DNA of 50,976 nt from Chiloscyllium plagiosum (GCF_004010195.1 NW_025215280.1:1-50976); one strand, 5' to 3'; numbered from the stretch's first letter, positions 23,606 through 36,576 are shown. A program made the numbers and translations. The notes: generated by a model not told the origin, from the sequence alone.

Positions 23606-23960
23606 CACGCGCTTGGATAAATAGACAAAGTCTTTTACCTGTTTCGGGGAGTCCAGAACGAGAAGGCATAGATTTAGGTTGAGAATGGAAACATATAAAA
23701 GAAACCTAAAAGTTTTTTTTTCACACAGAGGGTGATGCGTGTATGGAATGAGCGGCAAGAGGAAGTGGTGGAGGCTGGTACAATTGCAACATTTCAAAGG
23801 CATTTCGATGGGTATGTGAATAAGAAGGGTTTGGAGAGATATCGGCCGGGTGCTGGCCGGTGGGACAAGATTGGGTTGGGATATCTGATCAGCATGGACG
23901 GGTTGGACCAAAGAGTCTGTTTCAATGCTGTACATCTCTGTATCTCTATGACTCTATGAC
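23606..23960 (+). mobile_element. CR1 LINE 3' end
   Basis: ttttttcacacagagggtgatgcgtgtatggaatgagc...ggttggaccaaagagtctgtttc and (tctatgac)n tail. Confidence 0.85.
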
Positions 23961-24416
23961 TGTACCTTTACCAGTCATAGAATAGCTTCACGTGCTCATT
24001 TTCACCCCCACTTCCGGTTTGGTATTCGTGGCTCCTCCACGAGGTTTGTCTGATACCGGTTCTCAGATCTGGGGTTATGTGACTGACTACAGCAATGGGT
24101 ACCTCCTTGTGTGGGGAAGTTGGTGAAAAAACTGTTATTAACACACTGTTATTTAAACATACATTACACTAATATCCCGCACTACCCCCTGAACCTTGTT
24201 GTTTCTAGAAATCTATCAAACTCAGTCTTCAACATGCTGTCCTCGATGGAACCACCACAGCGTCTGGGGATATCGAATTTAAAGATTCAGCTAATTCTGA
24301 ATTCCCACATATCTGCTATCGCTCGCCTAATATTCCTGTTGTGCATCTGCTACTCTTCCTAACATACCCTCTGTCACTGTGATTTTCACTGTTTTAAAAG
24401 CGTGTCTCCTCATGAC

Positions 24417-24489
24417 TCAGTGATTGTTTAATTGTGAAAAGATTCTGCATTGTGGCCGCAGTAAGCTCGTTACAATCCGAGTCACTGCA
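24417..24489 (+). pseudogene. tRNA-His(GTG) pseudogene
   Basis: ctgcattgtggccgcag anticodon arm and aatccgagtcactgca 3' end are kept. Boxes are decayed and flanks are homologous to the other His copies. Confidence 0.8.
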
Positions 24490-26039
24490 TTTTCCTCCTT
24501 GTGATTCATGCTGAAGAAACACGGAAAGGAATTAGTTGATTTTACATGAAAGCATTCTCAGAGATTACGATTTCCCCCCATCAAACCCACTCTCTCACAC
24601 ACATCTCTGCGATTCATATTTAAGGATTCAGACTCACCCATTCTTAGAGAATTCCCTCCCTCCCGCAATCACTTACCACCTTTAAGTTCCCCCTCCCATT
24701 TCCCTTACAATCACTTTCACATTGACCCCGTTCAGCCTGTGTTGCTGCGCTCACTGTTTTTGGGTGACCATGTGTAAGTCTCACCATCGGGACCTTCAAA
24801 CCAGTTGATCCATTTCGATACCGCGGTTGTGAGATCAATCCTCAGGTTGCAGCTTTTACTGACATGGACCTGCGATTATTAAAACATCAGGCTCAGAAAA
24901 AAGGCACAGGGCAACATTGAGGAAAATAAACTTTATTCAAAAAGCACCAGTTTCTGTGGACTTCCGCATCATTTATTTCACTTGTTCATTCGGCTCTAGC
25001 GAGACTATTGTGTGTAGTTATGCAATTCACATTATAGCAGGGATGCGACAGCACTGAAAACAATGCAGGGGAGATTTGCCAGGATATTATACGGGCTGAA
25101 GAAGAGGGATTGGACAAACTGGAGACATACAAGTTTATGGGTCATGTGATTTTAAAAAGGAGTTAAGCAATTCTTTTTGGGCAATACAGATATTCCGTTC
25201 CAAGTGTGGGTTATAAATAACTGCCCTTCCATTCTCGAAGGGAAATGTCACAGGAAGAACTGTGCTATCTGAATCAACGTGGGTGAATACTACTGCTCCC
25301 GGGGAGACAGACTGACAGTGCAAACACGTGACTTCTGAAAGCTGTACCTAGTGTCGGCATTGGAATGAAAATCATTTGGCAGTTTTGCTCCATTGTGAGG
25401 TGCTTTCTTATAACAGGAAGCTCAGGATGATATGCATTCTACTGCCCTTTCTTCACTAACCCATACAGCTGAATACCGGCACTATGCAGGACAATGTCTC
25501 TCTGTACACCCTCGTCCAATCCTCCTTGACCCTCCAGCACTTTCCCATATGACACCATTCCACGAAATCCCAGGAGGTGTAATGCTGCTCGATTACGATG
25601 TTCTCCTCACTGTGTAATGTTCCAGTGATTTATCTGCCCATCACTCAATTTAGCACACTGCATTTCCGGCTCACAATGTGATATCGTCTAGACTGGGGAG
25701 AGAAAAACAGAGCGGGTGACAAACGTGAGTACAATATACGTTCTTTCTGCAAGCAAGAAAAGGTACTGAGCTTCAAGGTCCCTGTCACTGCAACATCCCA
25801 CTGTGTTCCCATGCCTCTATTTCAGTTTGGTCTGCTGCAGAGCTCCCGCATGGCAAAGCGCAAGTTGGAAGAGCGTAGACCTGCTGGTTTTGTTCAGATA
25901 TTTCTGCTTTTCTTTGGATAATTTTGTTCTGTACTGATCGCCAGCCACAGGCAACGTGTGTTTGCACGGGAGGGTGGTCGGAGGAGATTTACCAAGGTGG
26001 TGCACGAGCTCGACTATTCCCCCTGCGAAGATAAGCGAA

Positions 26040-26535
26040 AGTGAGGGCTGCAGGTGCTGGAGCTCAGAGTCCAGAGTGTCGTGTTGGAAAAGCACAGCAC
26101 GTCAAACAGCATCTGAAGAGAAAAGAATCGCTGCTTCGGGCACAAGCCATCACCAGTCCATTACCAGCCGATGCCTGGAGGAAGAACGTCTCATATTCCA
26201 CCTTCGGATCTTGCAACCACACGGGATAAATGTGTATTTCCCCAGTTTCATCATTTCACCTCGTCCCCCCATTATTCCAGTCCAAAGCCCCTAAATAGGC
26301 ACCGGTCTCTGGACCCGGACATCAATTCGCCCCCACCCCGGAACTACCATCTTCTCCCTCACCTTCATTCACCTATCGCTTTCACCAACCTGACCAACAA
26401 CCCCATTCCTCTCCCTCAACACCGAATCAAAATTCTCATTCCTGATGAAGGGCGTATGCCCGATACATCGATTCTCCTGCTCCTCTGATGCTGCCTGACC
26501 TGTTGTGCTTTTAAAGCACGACATTCTCGCCACTG
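26040..26535 (+). mobile_element. Penelope-like 3' fragment flanked by an inverted terminal piece
   Basis: CLEEERLIFHLRILQPHGINVYF. cctgatgaagggcgtatgcccgatacatcg hammerhead relic at 26441-26470. Confidence 0.75.
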
Positions 26536-26569
26536 CAAAGATAGATGCGCTCGACTGGAGCTCTTTATC

Positions 26570-26900
26570 TGAGAGCGAAGAAAGCTGAGAGGAATTGTTT
26601 AACGTGCACAGAAAGGGGATAGATATGTGATACATGAATAAACTTCTATGGGAAGGGTTAATAACCAGGGATATAGGTGAAACGCTAGAGAGAGGATGTT
26701 CAGAGAAGATTTAGGAAGAGCGTTTGCATCCTGAGAGTGTCGTTTGTCTGGAACTCACTATTTGAAGGTGTGGTGAAGCGAAGGGTCATTAAAATGTTTC
26801 AGGAGTACTGAGCCGATCACTTGAGGGGCTAGACCATACACGGATAAGGACCAAGTACTGTAAACTGGGGCGAGAATAAAGAAATGCTTGATGAAAGACT
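26570..26900 (+). mobile_element. Old CR1 3' fragment
   Basis: ataaccaggggatataggtg...ctgagagtgtcgtttgtctggaactcact. Confidence 0.5.
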
Positions 26901-29100
26901 TGAGCACCGTAAATTTGGATGCAGTAAAATGGAGGCTAGAACAACTCTGTGGTACATGAAAAGACGTGTTGGACTTCTACTGAATTGTTAAGATTGCGAT
27001 TCAAAGTTTGTGGATTTGAGTTACAACAGAATCGGAGTATAGTTCAGATTTCTGCTGAATGAATACTGATTCACCACCAGTTCCTGTCGTCTGGAGGTCT
27101 TCTCCCTGCTACTGAACAGAGAAGATTCCTCACTTTCTGGGTGGTGAGTTTTAAGGGAATCATATCACTTGAAACATGATCACCCCAGAATCGACTTCAC
27201 ATTCGCAAAACCCACTGCGGAAGCCCACTGTCTATAAAGACATCCCCCTCCCACAGTTACAGAGTTTTCCAGCTTATTCTGTGCATGTTTTCCCTTTGGG
27301 CGATATATTGATGTGGATGTTCTGGGAAAAAGACATTGATGTGTTTGGTCAGACAAGGTGACATCAAATGGTGGAGTAGCGCTGGCAAGCGAAATGCCCC
27401 CCTCCTATTCCTCTCTGTCTGTGCTGTTTCTGACAGAGGGTTTTAAACAATAATATGATGAGGACCCTGTGAATCTACACTACGGAATACCATGGACCTC
27501 CCCTTTATCCCACTGCTCTTACAGCTGGAATACACAGCTCCTGTTGTAGCTTAAGATCAGACAGTGGAGGATTTTCCTAGGCGCTCTGTCAAACTACATG
27601 CCCCTTCACACAGGTTTCCAACTGGACACATGGAGCAACGGCAGTGTGGATATTGGGGATTCAGGGACAGTTCTGGCCCCGGTAATAATCCTGAATTTGG
27701 GAAATTCAGTATCTCACTCTGGATTCTTAACACGTTACAATTTCAGTATTCAGGAAAACCGTGCAACATGTCCTTGGATGTAGCCATGGTGAAGATGATG
27801 ATGAGTGCAGTATCTTTCATGCTGTCAGTAGGAACTTGCAGAAGGAAGTTAATGAAGTGTCTTTGAATCGAATTCTGTGCTAAATTGAAGCAGACCGAAT
27901 GAGAAGCCCTGTGACAGCGATAATATAACATTCTCTATAAACAACGCTGCGACCCACAGAAACCCAATTTTCAATCAAGTCTATTTTGCTCAACATTTTC
28001 CTGTGTCCCATTTCCTGAACCTGATGATCGAATAGTCACAGGTCCATATCAGTTCCTCCTCCTCTGCCTTAGCTTTAATTTCAGAACCACAGCAAAAGTA
28101 GAACATGCGGGTCAAAGGTCCCAGAGGTACGAGTAGGGCACTTTATAGGCTTGCTGCCGGCGGCTCCAGTGGAGAAACTGATCCACTCTTGGCACTGAAC
28201 AGTGTGTTAAAATGCCGCAGTTGTAATTTCAATCCTTACCTAACGCTGGTTTTACTGACGTTAATCAGGAATTATTGGAGCATCAGACTGAAGCGTAGTT
28301 GAAGAATAATGTCGAATAAAGCAGCATGATTCTAAAACTCCAGTTTCTGATTTGTGGGATTGTTCTGTCTTTGGGAAAGGTATCAATTATTAATGGTAAA
28401 ACTGCACATATCCCCCACGTGACTATCCATCAATGGATCAAGAAACAGAGGTGATATTTCCGCTTGATGACGTTTTTCAAATCTCTGAAACTGCAATGGA
28501 TTACATTCTTGAAAAAGCTGTTAAACTCGTTTCATATCATCCTGTTTGCTGCAAACTCACACAGCTCATGAAACCGTTCGAAAGGAATTCGATTTATCTC
28601 TTAGGGTAGATTGAATGTTGTCAGCGAATCTGGTAAAGTCATGACATATAGTTTTGCTGCTGTGCAGAACAGAGGGTTCCAACAGGAGTAAGGATAATTC
28701 TTGTCGCTGGATTTTTCGGGAGGAGATCAGTGAGTTTTAAAAGGTCTCAGTCCCGTTCCTGGTTATTGTGAACAAATGTTCAAGGCAACAGATGGCAAAG
28801 ATAATTGTGCTTGACATTGACAGGTCCATTCCTACTCACTGGAGTTACAATTGTATTACAGATCACATGAGTGGTGGAGATGATGATCATTATGGCAACT
28901 TGAGAGAGTGCGACAATTAATCCCACGTTCTTAGTCTCACTCTATACCATAAACCATTTAGCCAGTGGACTGAGGTAACCGGCTTCCAATTAATGCAAAG
29001 CTAAAACAAACAGCTCAGTACATTAACAATTTGTAGTAGTTCACGCCGAATCAGCTGCTACACCTTTCAACACCACCAGCTCTTCTTACACTTAACATGT

Positions 29101-30555
29101 CCAGTTGCAGGTATGATGCAATTTCTTTCCGATGAACGCTATACAATCTGTGAGCGTGTCACTTTTGCCTCCCCATCCAGGTAGCCCAGAATCCCTGCCC
29201 CTATTAAATTCGCTCTTTGTGTGTCTGCAACTGGCCTTTGAAATATGCTGGAATCATCTTCTAATTTTGTTTTCTGTCTGAAAAATAATCTGCGATTTCA
29301 AAATCTCAGAATAAAAAGTACCTGCTGCAAAATTCGTTGTCTTTCCTCGCTGGTTTTGAAGCTCTAACCTTTCGTTATACACTTACCTGAACGAGGTAAT
29401 TTCCCTCTTATTTACCCTTGCCAACCTCACATCCGCTGGAAAACCTCCATTAGGGCACAACTCAGTCATTCCTGATTTATGTCGCGTGAATCTTCATCTA
29501 TTCCACCATCTTATTAAATCCCTTCTGTTCTTTTATCGTGGCTATACCTCCCAGTAAATCTAATTTCCATCGTCTCTAACGATTTTGTATCAAGGGAACT
29601 CTGACCATATCCTTCCGAACAAAATTGAACCCCCCAACCCCCGTGTATTTCATCAGTAAATCTCGCCCTGAGAAATCCAGTTGCAGGTATGATGCAATTT
29701 CTTTCCGATGAACGCTAAACAATTTGTGAGTGTGTCACTTTTGCCTCCCCATCCAGGTAGCCCAGAATCCCTGCCCCTATTAAATTCGCTCTTTGTGTGT
29801 CTGCAACTGGCCTTTGAAATATGCTGGAATCATCTTCTAATTTTGTTTTCTGTCTGAAAAGTAATCTGCGATTTCAAAATCTCAGAATAAAAAGTACCTG
29901 CTGCAAACTTCGTTGTCTTTCCTCGCTGGTTTTGAAGCTCTAACCTTTCGTTATACACTTACCTGAACTAGGTAATTTCCCTCTTATTTACCCTTACCAA
30001 CCTCTCATGGGCGGCACGGTGGCACAGTGGTTAGCACTGCTGCCTCACAGCGCCCGAGACCCGGGTTCAATTCCCGCCTCAGGCGACTGACTGTGTGGAG
30101 TTTGCACGTTCTCCCTGTGTCTGCGTGGGTTTCCTCCGGGTGCTCCGGTTTCCTCCCACAGTCCAAAAAAGATGTGCAGGGTCAGGTGAATTGGCCATGC
30201 TAAATTGCCCGTAGTGTTAGGTAAGGGGTAAATGTAGGGGTATGGGTGGGTTTCGCTTCGGCGGGTCGGTGTGGACTTGTTGGGCCGAAGGGCCTGTTTC
30301 CACACTGTAATGTAATCTAATCTAATCTCACATCCGCTGGAAAACCTCCATTAGGGCACAACTCGTGAATCTTCATCTATTCCACCATCTTATTAAATCC
30401 CTTCTTTTCTTTTATCGTGGCTATACCTCCCAGTAAATCTAATTTCCATCGTCTCTAACGATTTTGTATCAAGGGAACTCTGACCATATCCTTCCGAACC
30501 AAATTGAACCCCCCAACCCCCGTGTATTTCATCAGTAAATCTCGCCCTGAGAAAT
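29101..30555 (+). repeat. Near-identical tandem duplication (29101-29676; 29677-30555), copy 2 carrying a SINE
   Basis: ccagttgcaggtatgatgc...ctcgccctgagaaat is repeated head to tail. Confidence 0.95.
30009..30325 (+). mobile_element. Young full-length V-SINE (HE1-like)
   Basis: A box TGGCACAGTGG, B box GGTTCAATTCC, V domain (gtggagtttgcacgttctccctgtgtctgcgtgggtttcctccggg), CR1-like 3' end, (taatc)n tail, probable TSD tctca/ctca. Confidence 0.95.
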
Positions 30556-30918
30556 GATGCTGGGTCTAATTCAACTCATGAAAACTTACCACTATGCTAT
30601 GCAATCACATTACTGGTACAGGAAAGATGAAGGCTATTTCACTTACAGCTGAATCTGTTGGTTGCAGCAACATTGGGTCAAATCGCAGTCACATAGGTGA
30701 CTGTTGTTCTCATTTTTATTTCTTCTCAACGTGTGCTGAAGTAACACAGTGCTAAATAAATTAATATTGTTAGACATAAGTAAGGAGGCGTGTTAAATAT
30801 GAGGTTAGGAGAATAGGGCAGTTTTGATTAACATAGACCAGAGATTGTTCAAATCTCAGGCACATGAGATTGACAGAGAGCGATGTTGAGAGAAATAGAC
30901 TGTCTTGGCAAATGCCAG

Positions 30919-31622
30919 TGTTATGAAGTTGTGGGTGTAATGTACTTTTAATGGTGCTGAAATGTCTGGCGAGCACAAGGAGTCCAGAACAAGGCAACAA
31001 CATAACATTTGGTCAAAACAACTATGAACCGTGTTACATGGATACAAAAATCAAATTTAAATTCGGCCAATCAGTTTAAATTATGTCCCAATCAAGTTGA
31101 AATTTGGTAATTTTAAAATGTTAAAACCAATGAAACGATCCGACGTTTTGTGAGACAAATATCAGATATTTTAAACAGTTAACCAGGGCGGCAAAGAACA
31201 GCAAAGAGAGCAGCTAAAAGACCAACAGATGGAGGATGGCAGAAAAATCTCCAAGAGGTGACTATCTGGAGATATAAATTGCATCGAAAAATTGCATCAA
31301 CACCGACCTCGAGAAAAACATCTACAGAGGAAGATACAAAGAGAAGATTCGGCAACTAGCTGGTTTGTAAATTTAAACTTTTTTGTAAAAGTTATTGGGG
31401 TCGGAGTGAGGGAAGGTATTGTAGAGCAGAAGGTTTAGAGAAAAGAGTTGTAGGTTGATTATTCTCTGTTATAAAAGTAGTAAAGTTGTTATTTTTAACT
31501 TTAAGTAGTGATTTTTGGGTTGGTTCTTTGCCTCTGGAATTTTAACAGAATGCAGCAAGGGGTGAATCCTTTCTGTTTTGCTGGTTTCCATTAGCAGAGG
31601 GGGTTTACCCCATCACGTAACA
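30919..31622. mobile_element. Solo LTR (704 bp) with 4-bp TSD CCAG
   Basis: ccag|TGTTATG...CGTAACA|ccag. TSD at 30915-30918 and 31623-31626, 6/7 terminal inverted repeat, no internal ORF. Confidence 0.8.
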
Positions 31623-31986
31623 CCAGATTCTGTGGTTGCTTTGTTGTTTTGCTAATTTGTGCATTTTGCCTCAGTAACGATTTTGACGTTGTCCCCTCTA
31701 CACAAAACCTCCGTGCTTTTGCACCATTGTACAAAAGGTGCAGTGTGTCCAAGCGACAGGGATCCCTACAATAACATTCGACGCTGATTCAATCTATGTA
31801 TCGTGTTATTGACCCATGGAAACAGCACTGCGCACTCTCCTCCAGCCTGGAAAACGATCCCCACACAGTTAATGTTACATCCCGCTCTCAAGGGGCTTTT
31901 CATTCCATCGCTTTCAATTCCTCACAGAATCCGTTTCAACAGAATTTGTCACTGAGTCATTTCTTTGTTTGTGCTCAAATCCGGTG

Positions 31987-32049
31987 AGTGGAGGGTCACA
32001 GTTGGAGCGTGCTGACCCCATAGCCCAGAGATTAGACCATACTCTGTGA
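31987..32049 (+). pseudogene. tRNA-iMet(CAT) pseudogene, T arm partly deleted
   Basis: gcgtgctgaccccatagcccagag..accatactctg versus iMet GCGTGCTGGGCCCATAACCCAGAG..ACCATCCTCTG. Confidence 0.7.
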
Positions 32050-33610
32050 ACTGTACTCTGCTGTTCATCATTTCACTGACAGCAGGTAGACGTATCTATG
32101 CTCTGCGACATTTTCACGCCTGTTTTAAGAAGCAAGATAAACAGTTCCTGGTTCTGCTTTTGTTGTCACACAGACCAAGATTGTAAATGCTGGGAACATG
32201 CACTGGTCGAGACTGTTTGCTCTCCCACATCGGCTTTCTCCCCAGCAGGTGGTCAGATGATGGTCTGAATCGCTTTCTTCTGTTTCCTGTCACTCTGGGA
32301 TGATGTGAGCTGTGAAATCTGTTCTCTGAGCTGTCGGTAACGTGATAAAACTTATACACATCAGGTGCAACGTGACTGAGCGACAGGACTCGCTGCAGTG
32401 ACATCCCATGCTGATTCAGACAGCAGAGCCCTCGCTGTGACTTCGAGAAGGACAAAGACACAGATGAATGGGAGAGATTCTCTCTTTCCGTGCAGTTCTT
32501 CACATTTCTATCTGTCTCAGATGGCGTTATTTGCACAAGGTTCCCTGAAGATTATTAAGTCCTGTGCATGCGCGATCTCTCTTTTGTGCAGCTTTCCAGA
32601 AATTCCATAACTCCCTCTACCTCTAACCCCCTACCGCGCTCCACAACCCCGTGTTTGATTGTGGGCTGAAAAGCGTGTTCATGTTTCTCTCCCACAACAC
32701 TAATTGCCAATTGAAGATGAGTTCGTCCAGCTGCTAATGATGGGAGCCCGCTTGCAAAGGAAGTGGCTCGCACAGCCTCCGGGGAACCGGAAGTCAGAAT
32801 GGCAAGGAGCTGTTATTAAAACTCAGTGCGGCCTTCCCTCCAAAGCACCAGAAAACCCCGATTTTTTAAACAAGGAAACTCCCCTGATTTATGGATCATG
32901 CTTCTGTTGCGGTTCTGGCTTGTTGGTCTTGGGTGTGATATCGCCTCGGGTGGGTGATGTTCGTGTGAGAAGTCACACTTGAGTACTGGAGTTTTGCATA
33001 TGGTTCTATTTTTGACTCAGAAGGTATAATTGTGATGAGCTCGAGTTCAGAACAAGACACCAAAGCTTAAAGACACACAAAAGCAACTTCTTGGAGGTCG
33101 TTACAAGACTGAGAAATGGATTCCCTAACTCCAAATGATGCTGATCCTGTTAATGTGGATTTTGCCGAGTGCACGTCCTGTGTGGAGTAACCTGAAAGCC
33201 TTAATCAGTCCAAAATTTTGTTTTACTTATGCTGTGATCTGCATGTCCTTGATTAGTATGATCTGCCTTTACCAATCGCAAACAAAAGTTTCCACTGTAC
33301 TGAGGTTCATGTTATAATCAATCAATCAGATAAAGTCAATCAATCGACCGACATGAACATTTCCTTATTGTTTGGGGGCTGCATAGCCTCACTTTGCACT
33401 GTGACATATTTTGTGATTCTGAGTGAAATCACAGTTAAACCAACAGAATATGGCAAGTTAGTCACAGGTTATATTGACACAGCCGGGACACATCTGTGCT
33501 GCAGTGTGTCACACAATAATAGTGAAGACCTTTTGAAATCATCCTCTGAGGTACAAGCCACGCGCCAGACGAAAAGCTGAAGACTGTGTGAGGCTGCTGT
33601 GGTCAGCGCT

Positions 33611-33681
33611 AACAGAGCGGCCCAGTGGGGCGTATTGGGCTCATAACCATGAAATTAATGGATTGAAAACATCCTCTACTC
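33611..33681 (+). pseudogene. tRNA-iMet(CAT) pseudogene
   Basis: AACAGAGCGGCCCAGTGGGGCGTATTGGGCTCATAACCATGAAATTAATGGATTGAAAACATCCTCTACTC is colinear with the iMet consensus, including its GGAT-type T loop. Confidence 0.8.
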
Positions 33682-35289
33682 GTTGACAATTCCATGTTTC
33701 AGTGTGTGTACTGCGCCCTCCAGTGTTTCTCTATAATAGATCTCCATTCTACGCATTGTGTGCTGTTTCATTTCTGCTTCCTTTCATTCAATGTATCAGA
33801 AATGAATATTTCATACTGATACACACGGGAAATTTGCACAAATGAGGAAACACACTTGTGAAGTTCTGGAACATCTTTTCCTGTTCTCTGTCGGTGTGCT
33901 CTGATCTGATTCGCAAAATCTCTTGCCAGAGCTGGGAATAAACTGGTGAAGGTGAGATACATCAGTTGTAGAGTGCTCTATGCGCATGACGCCCTGCAGT
34001 TCTTCCCCATGCCGTTTCACACAGCAGTGTTCTTCCTGTGAAATAAAAAGCTGTGAATTACAATTGGATCAATTTGTTGGAGATAGAATTGCGATACAGG
34101 GACATCTCCACATTATTAGGACATAAATCACCAACAATGAATAACCACAGAGATATATAAGCGTCAGAGATTCGCTATGGACTCGATGGGCTGAAAAGCT
34201 TCTATCGGCGCGTGAGTGACGCCACATATTGATGCTGTCCCTCTTCCTGTCTCTGGGACAGAGTGGCTGATGGTGAAACAAGTCTCAGTGTTCACCCTAT
34301 CTTCTGCGTTAAACTGTCTGCAACCCCGCAGCTCAGGGACGTACGGATGGCTTTCATTGTGTGAGACTTTCACTCGGATTGTCTTTATCTAGGAATGTTG
34401 GGCTCAGATGTTCACTGCTGCCCGATGGCAGCAAAGAAGTCGATGTTTCTGTTACAATTGCAGGATTGCTGTGTGAAGATGGATTTTGAACAGCAATCAG
34501 GCTGCACAAAAATGCACTCACATGACTTTACCTGAGGGTGGAGAGTCCGGAGTACATTTGTGTCTTACCCACCAGCTCAACATCTTTATCGTTGGCTCAG
34601 ATAAATGATATTTGCAGGAAGCTCCCAATCAAATTTGCTGATTCGCAGCACTTGATGGAACTGGCCGTGCCGATGACAGCGAGCTTTAGAGTGTAACCAC
34701 ACTTGACTCTCCTCACACTGCTTGCTGGTGGAGGGAAATAGCTGAATACTCTGCCGATAGAGACAACTTAGTCCAAGCAGAAGGGATAAAGAGTACTGTT
34801 CTGTGAACAAGGAGACAAAATGTCAAGGCGATATTCTGAAAACACTTTGATGCTTAAAAATCTGAGAACAAATTGGGATGTAGTTGGACCTGACCGAATC
34901 TCAGCTGGTTTGGTGTTGGCAATGTAAGAGTGTCTAGGGCATGATCTTCGCTCAGCAGCTGGGGTTAATACTGGCATGGGAGAATGTCTTACTTCAAGTT
35001 GCCATCGAGCCTTGGTTGTTTGACTTCACTTTTGCTCAGTCGTCCTATCAACTGTCTGATAAAAAGATGTAAATCATTAAGTTGCACCCTTTGAAATAAC
35101 TTTGAGTTTTGGGGTCAGAAGTGTCATTGTAGTGGGCATGGCACAGTACCACATGTGGTGGAAGTCAAACAAGTGTTAGAGGATGTTCACCCACAGAATC
35201 GCACTCTGAATAAATCCACCATCTGGATATTTGCATAGTTCTGGGTGTGAAACTTTAGGAAGTGGGGACGTGAAATGATTGAAAACAGC

Positions 35290-35730
35290 GCTGAACAGGT
35301 TGATGAGAATAGTGTGGTATATGAGGAATATGAACAATAAAGGTCATTTGGAAAGTTGGGACAGGACTTTTTGGAGAGCAGAAGGCCAAAAGCTGGCCTT
35401 GTTCAACCTTTCCAAGACATGAGTAGGTTAGACAGAGGGAATAAGGAAGGGGGAATGCTCCCTACGCTTGAAAGGATCGACAACGATTCGGCAGAGTTTT
35501 AAAGATATTAGTAAAAGAAGAAAAATGTACATGATGAGAAATGTTTGTTTTCACATCGGGAGTAGTTAGGGTCTGACATTGACAAAGACGCAGTTTCAAT
35601 CGAGTTGTTGACAAACTAATTCAATGTTCATGTTGAAAGCAAAAATGTGTGGAGTTACAGGGAGAAGTCAAGAGAATGATACGAAAAGAGAAGCACATTT
35701 ATCTCTGTAGAGAGCCAGCACAGCTAAGGT
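35290..35730 (+). mobile_element. Old CR1 3' fragment
   Basis: ttggagagcagaaggc, gagaaatgtttgttttcacatcgggagtagttaggg, agagccagcacag. Confidence 0.45.
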
Positions 35731-35949
35731 GTTTTGTTACACATTTGTGATTCTGACTGGAATCACAGTTCGACCAACAGGATGTAGGAAGTTAAAAAAC
35801 GGTGATATTGGCAAAGCCGGGACACATGACACAATAGAAGGTTATCCAGCAAGTAAATGTCACAGGGAGGATGGCGCTGTCTGCAAATCCTGCAGGATGT
35901 CCTGCGGATCAGACACAGGAAATTTCACTATTCGAACCGAATCAGCCCG

Positions 35950-36031
35950 ATGAATGGGAGCCAAGGAGCCGGAGGCGCCTGCTTCAGAACTCAATTATGA
36001 AAGAAGCTTAGGCTCGAGTCCCCACACTGCA
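35950..36031 (+). pseudogene. Very degenerate tRNA-Leu-like relic
   Basis: aggcgcctgcttcagaactc...ggctcgagtccccacactgca. The downstream flank (36080-36470) is homologous to the flanks of the Leu copies at 38209 and 41089. Confidence 0.45.
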
Positions 36032-36503
36032 ATTTCTGTGGCTGCGGCGTGTTGAAATAATAAGCAGGATCGGGAGTTTGCCTTATGGAGACGGGGTCAG
36101 TGTCCATCTTGTCATGATCGTGTTCGCCTCCCACATGGTAAATCGCGGGCTCAAGCTGCATTACGTTCCTGGCAAGTTGAGCTTGTACTGGAACCGAATG
36201 CAGACTGTTATTTCATCGCTGTTGTGAAACAAAGTCCTGCGGTGACTCGACTCGCCCTAATTTGATTTTCTGGCGAATGGAAAAATCGTTCCGATGAATT
36301 TCGGTGTCATATGTTATTGAATTTCTGCCATTTCCTTCATTTCGGTCCTGGAAGGGACAGTCAAGACTGTGATCTAATCGAGACTGTGAGTGGTGAAATT
36401 CACTTATTATGACCCATTCTTATTAGGTTCTTTCTCTCTTTTCAGTATTGACTGGGAAATGGTGGTGGATGCCACAAAGCCGCAGGAATGGTGGTAGGGG
36501 CTG

Positions 36504-36576
36504 GTTCCGGTAGTTTAGTGGTCATCGCGTTCGTCTAAATAGCGAGAAATCCCCAGTTCGAAACTGGGCAGAAACT
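36504..36576 (+). pseudogene. tRNA-Val pseudogene (anticodon position AAA)
   Basis: Val body with an intact T arm (CCCAG TTCGAAA CTGGG). Acceptor, D and anticodon stems are mispaired. Confidence 0.85.

Noticed and set aside
28860..28985. tRNA-like sequence on minus (gccggttacctcagtcc...gtgggattaatt)
   Set aside because: It looks like a decayed SINE head, with no cloverleaf or assignable isotype.
32114..32536. 140-aa minus-strand ORF as a ZNF or host gene
   Set aside because: No intact Cys/His spacing or recognisable domain, only faint linker-like words.
33310..33350. (aatc)n tract as a functional repeat
   Set aside because: Most simply the tail of a retroposon fragment.
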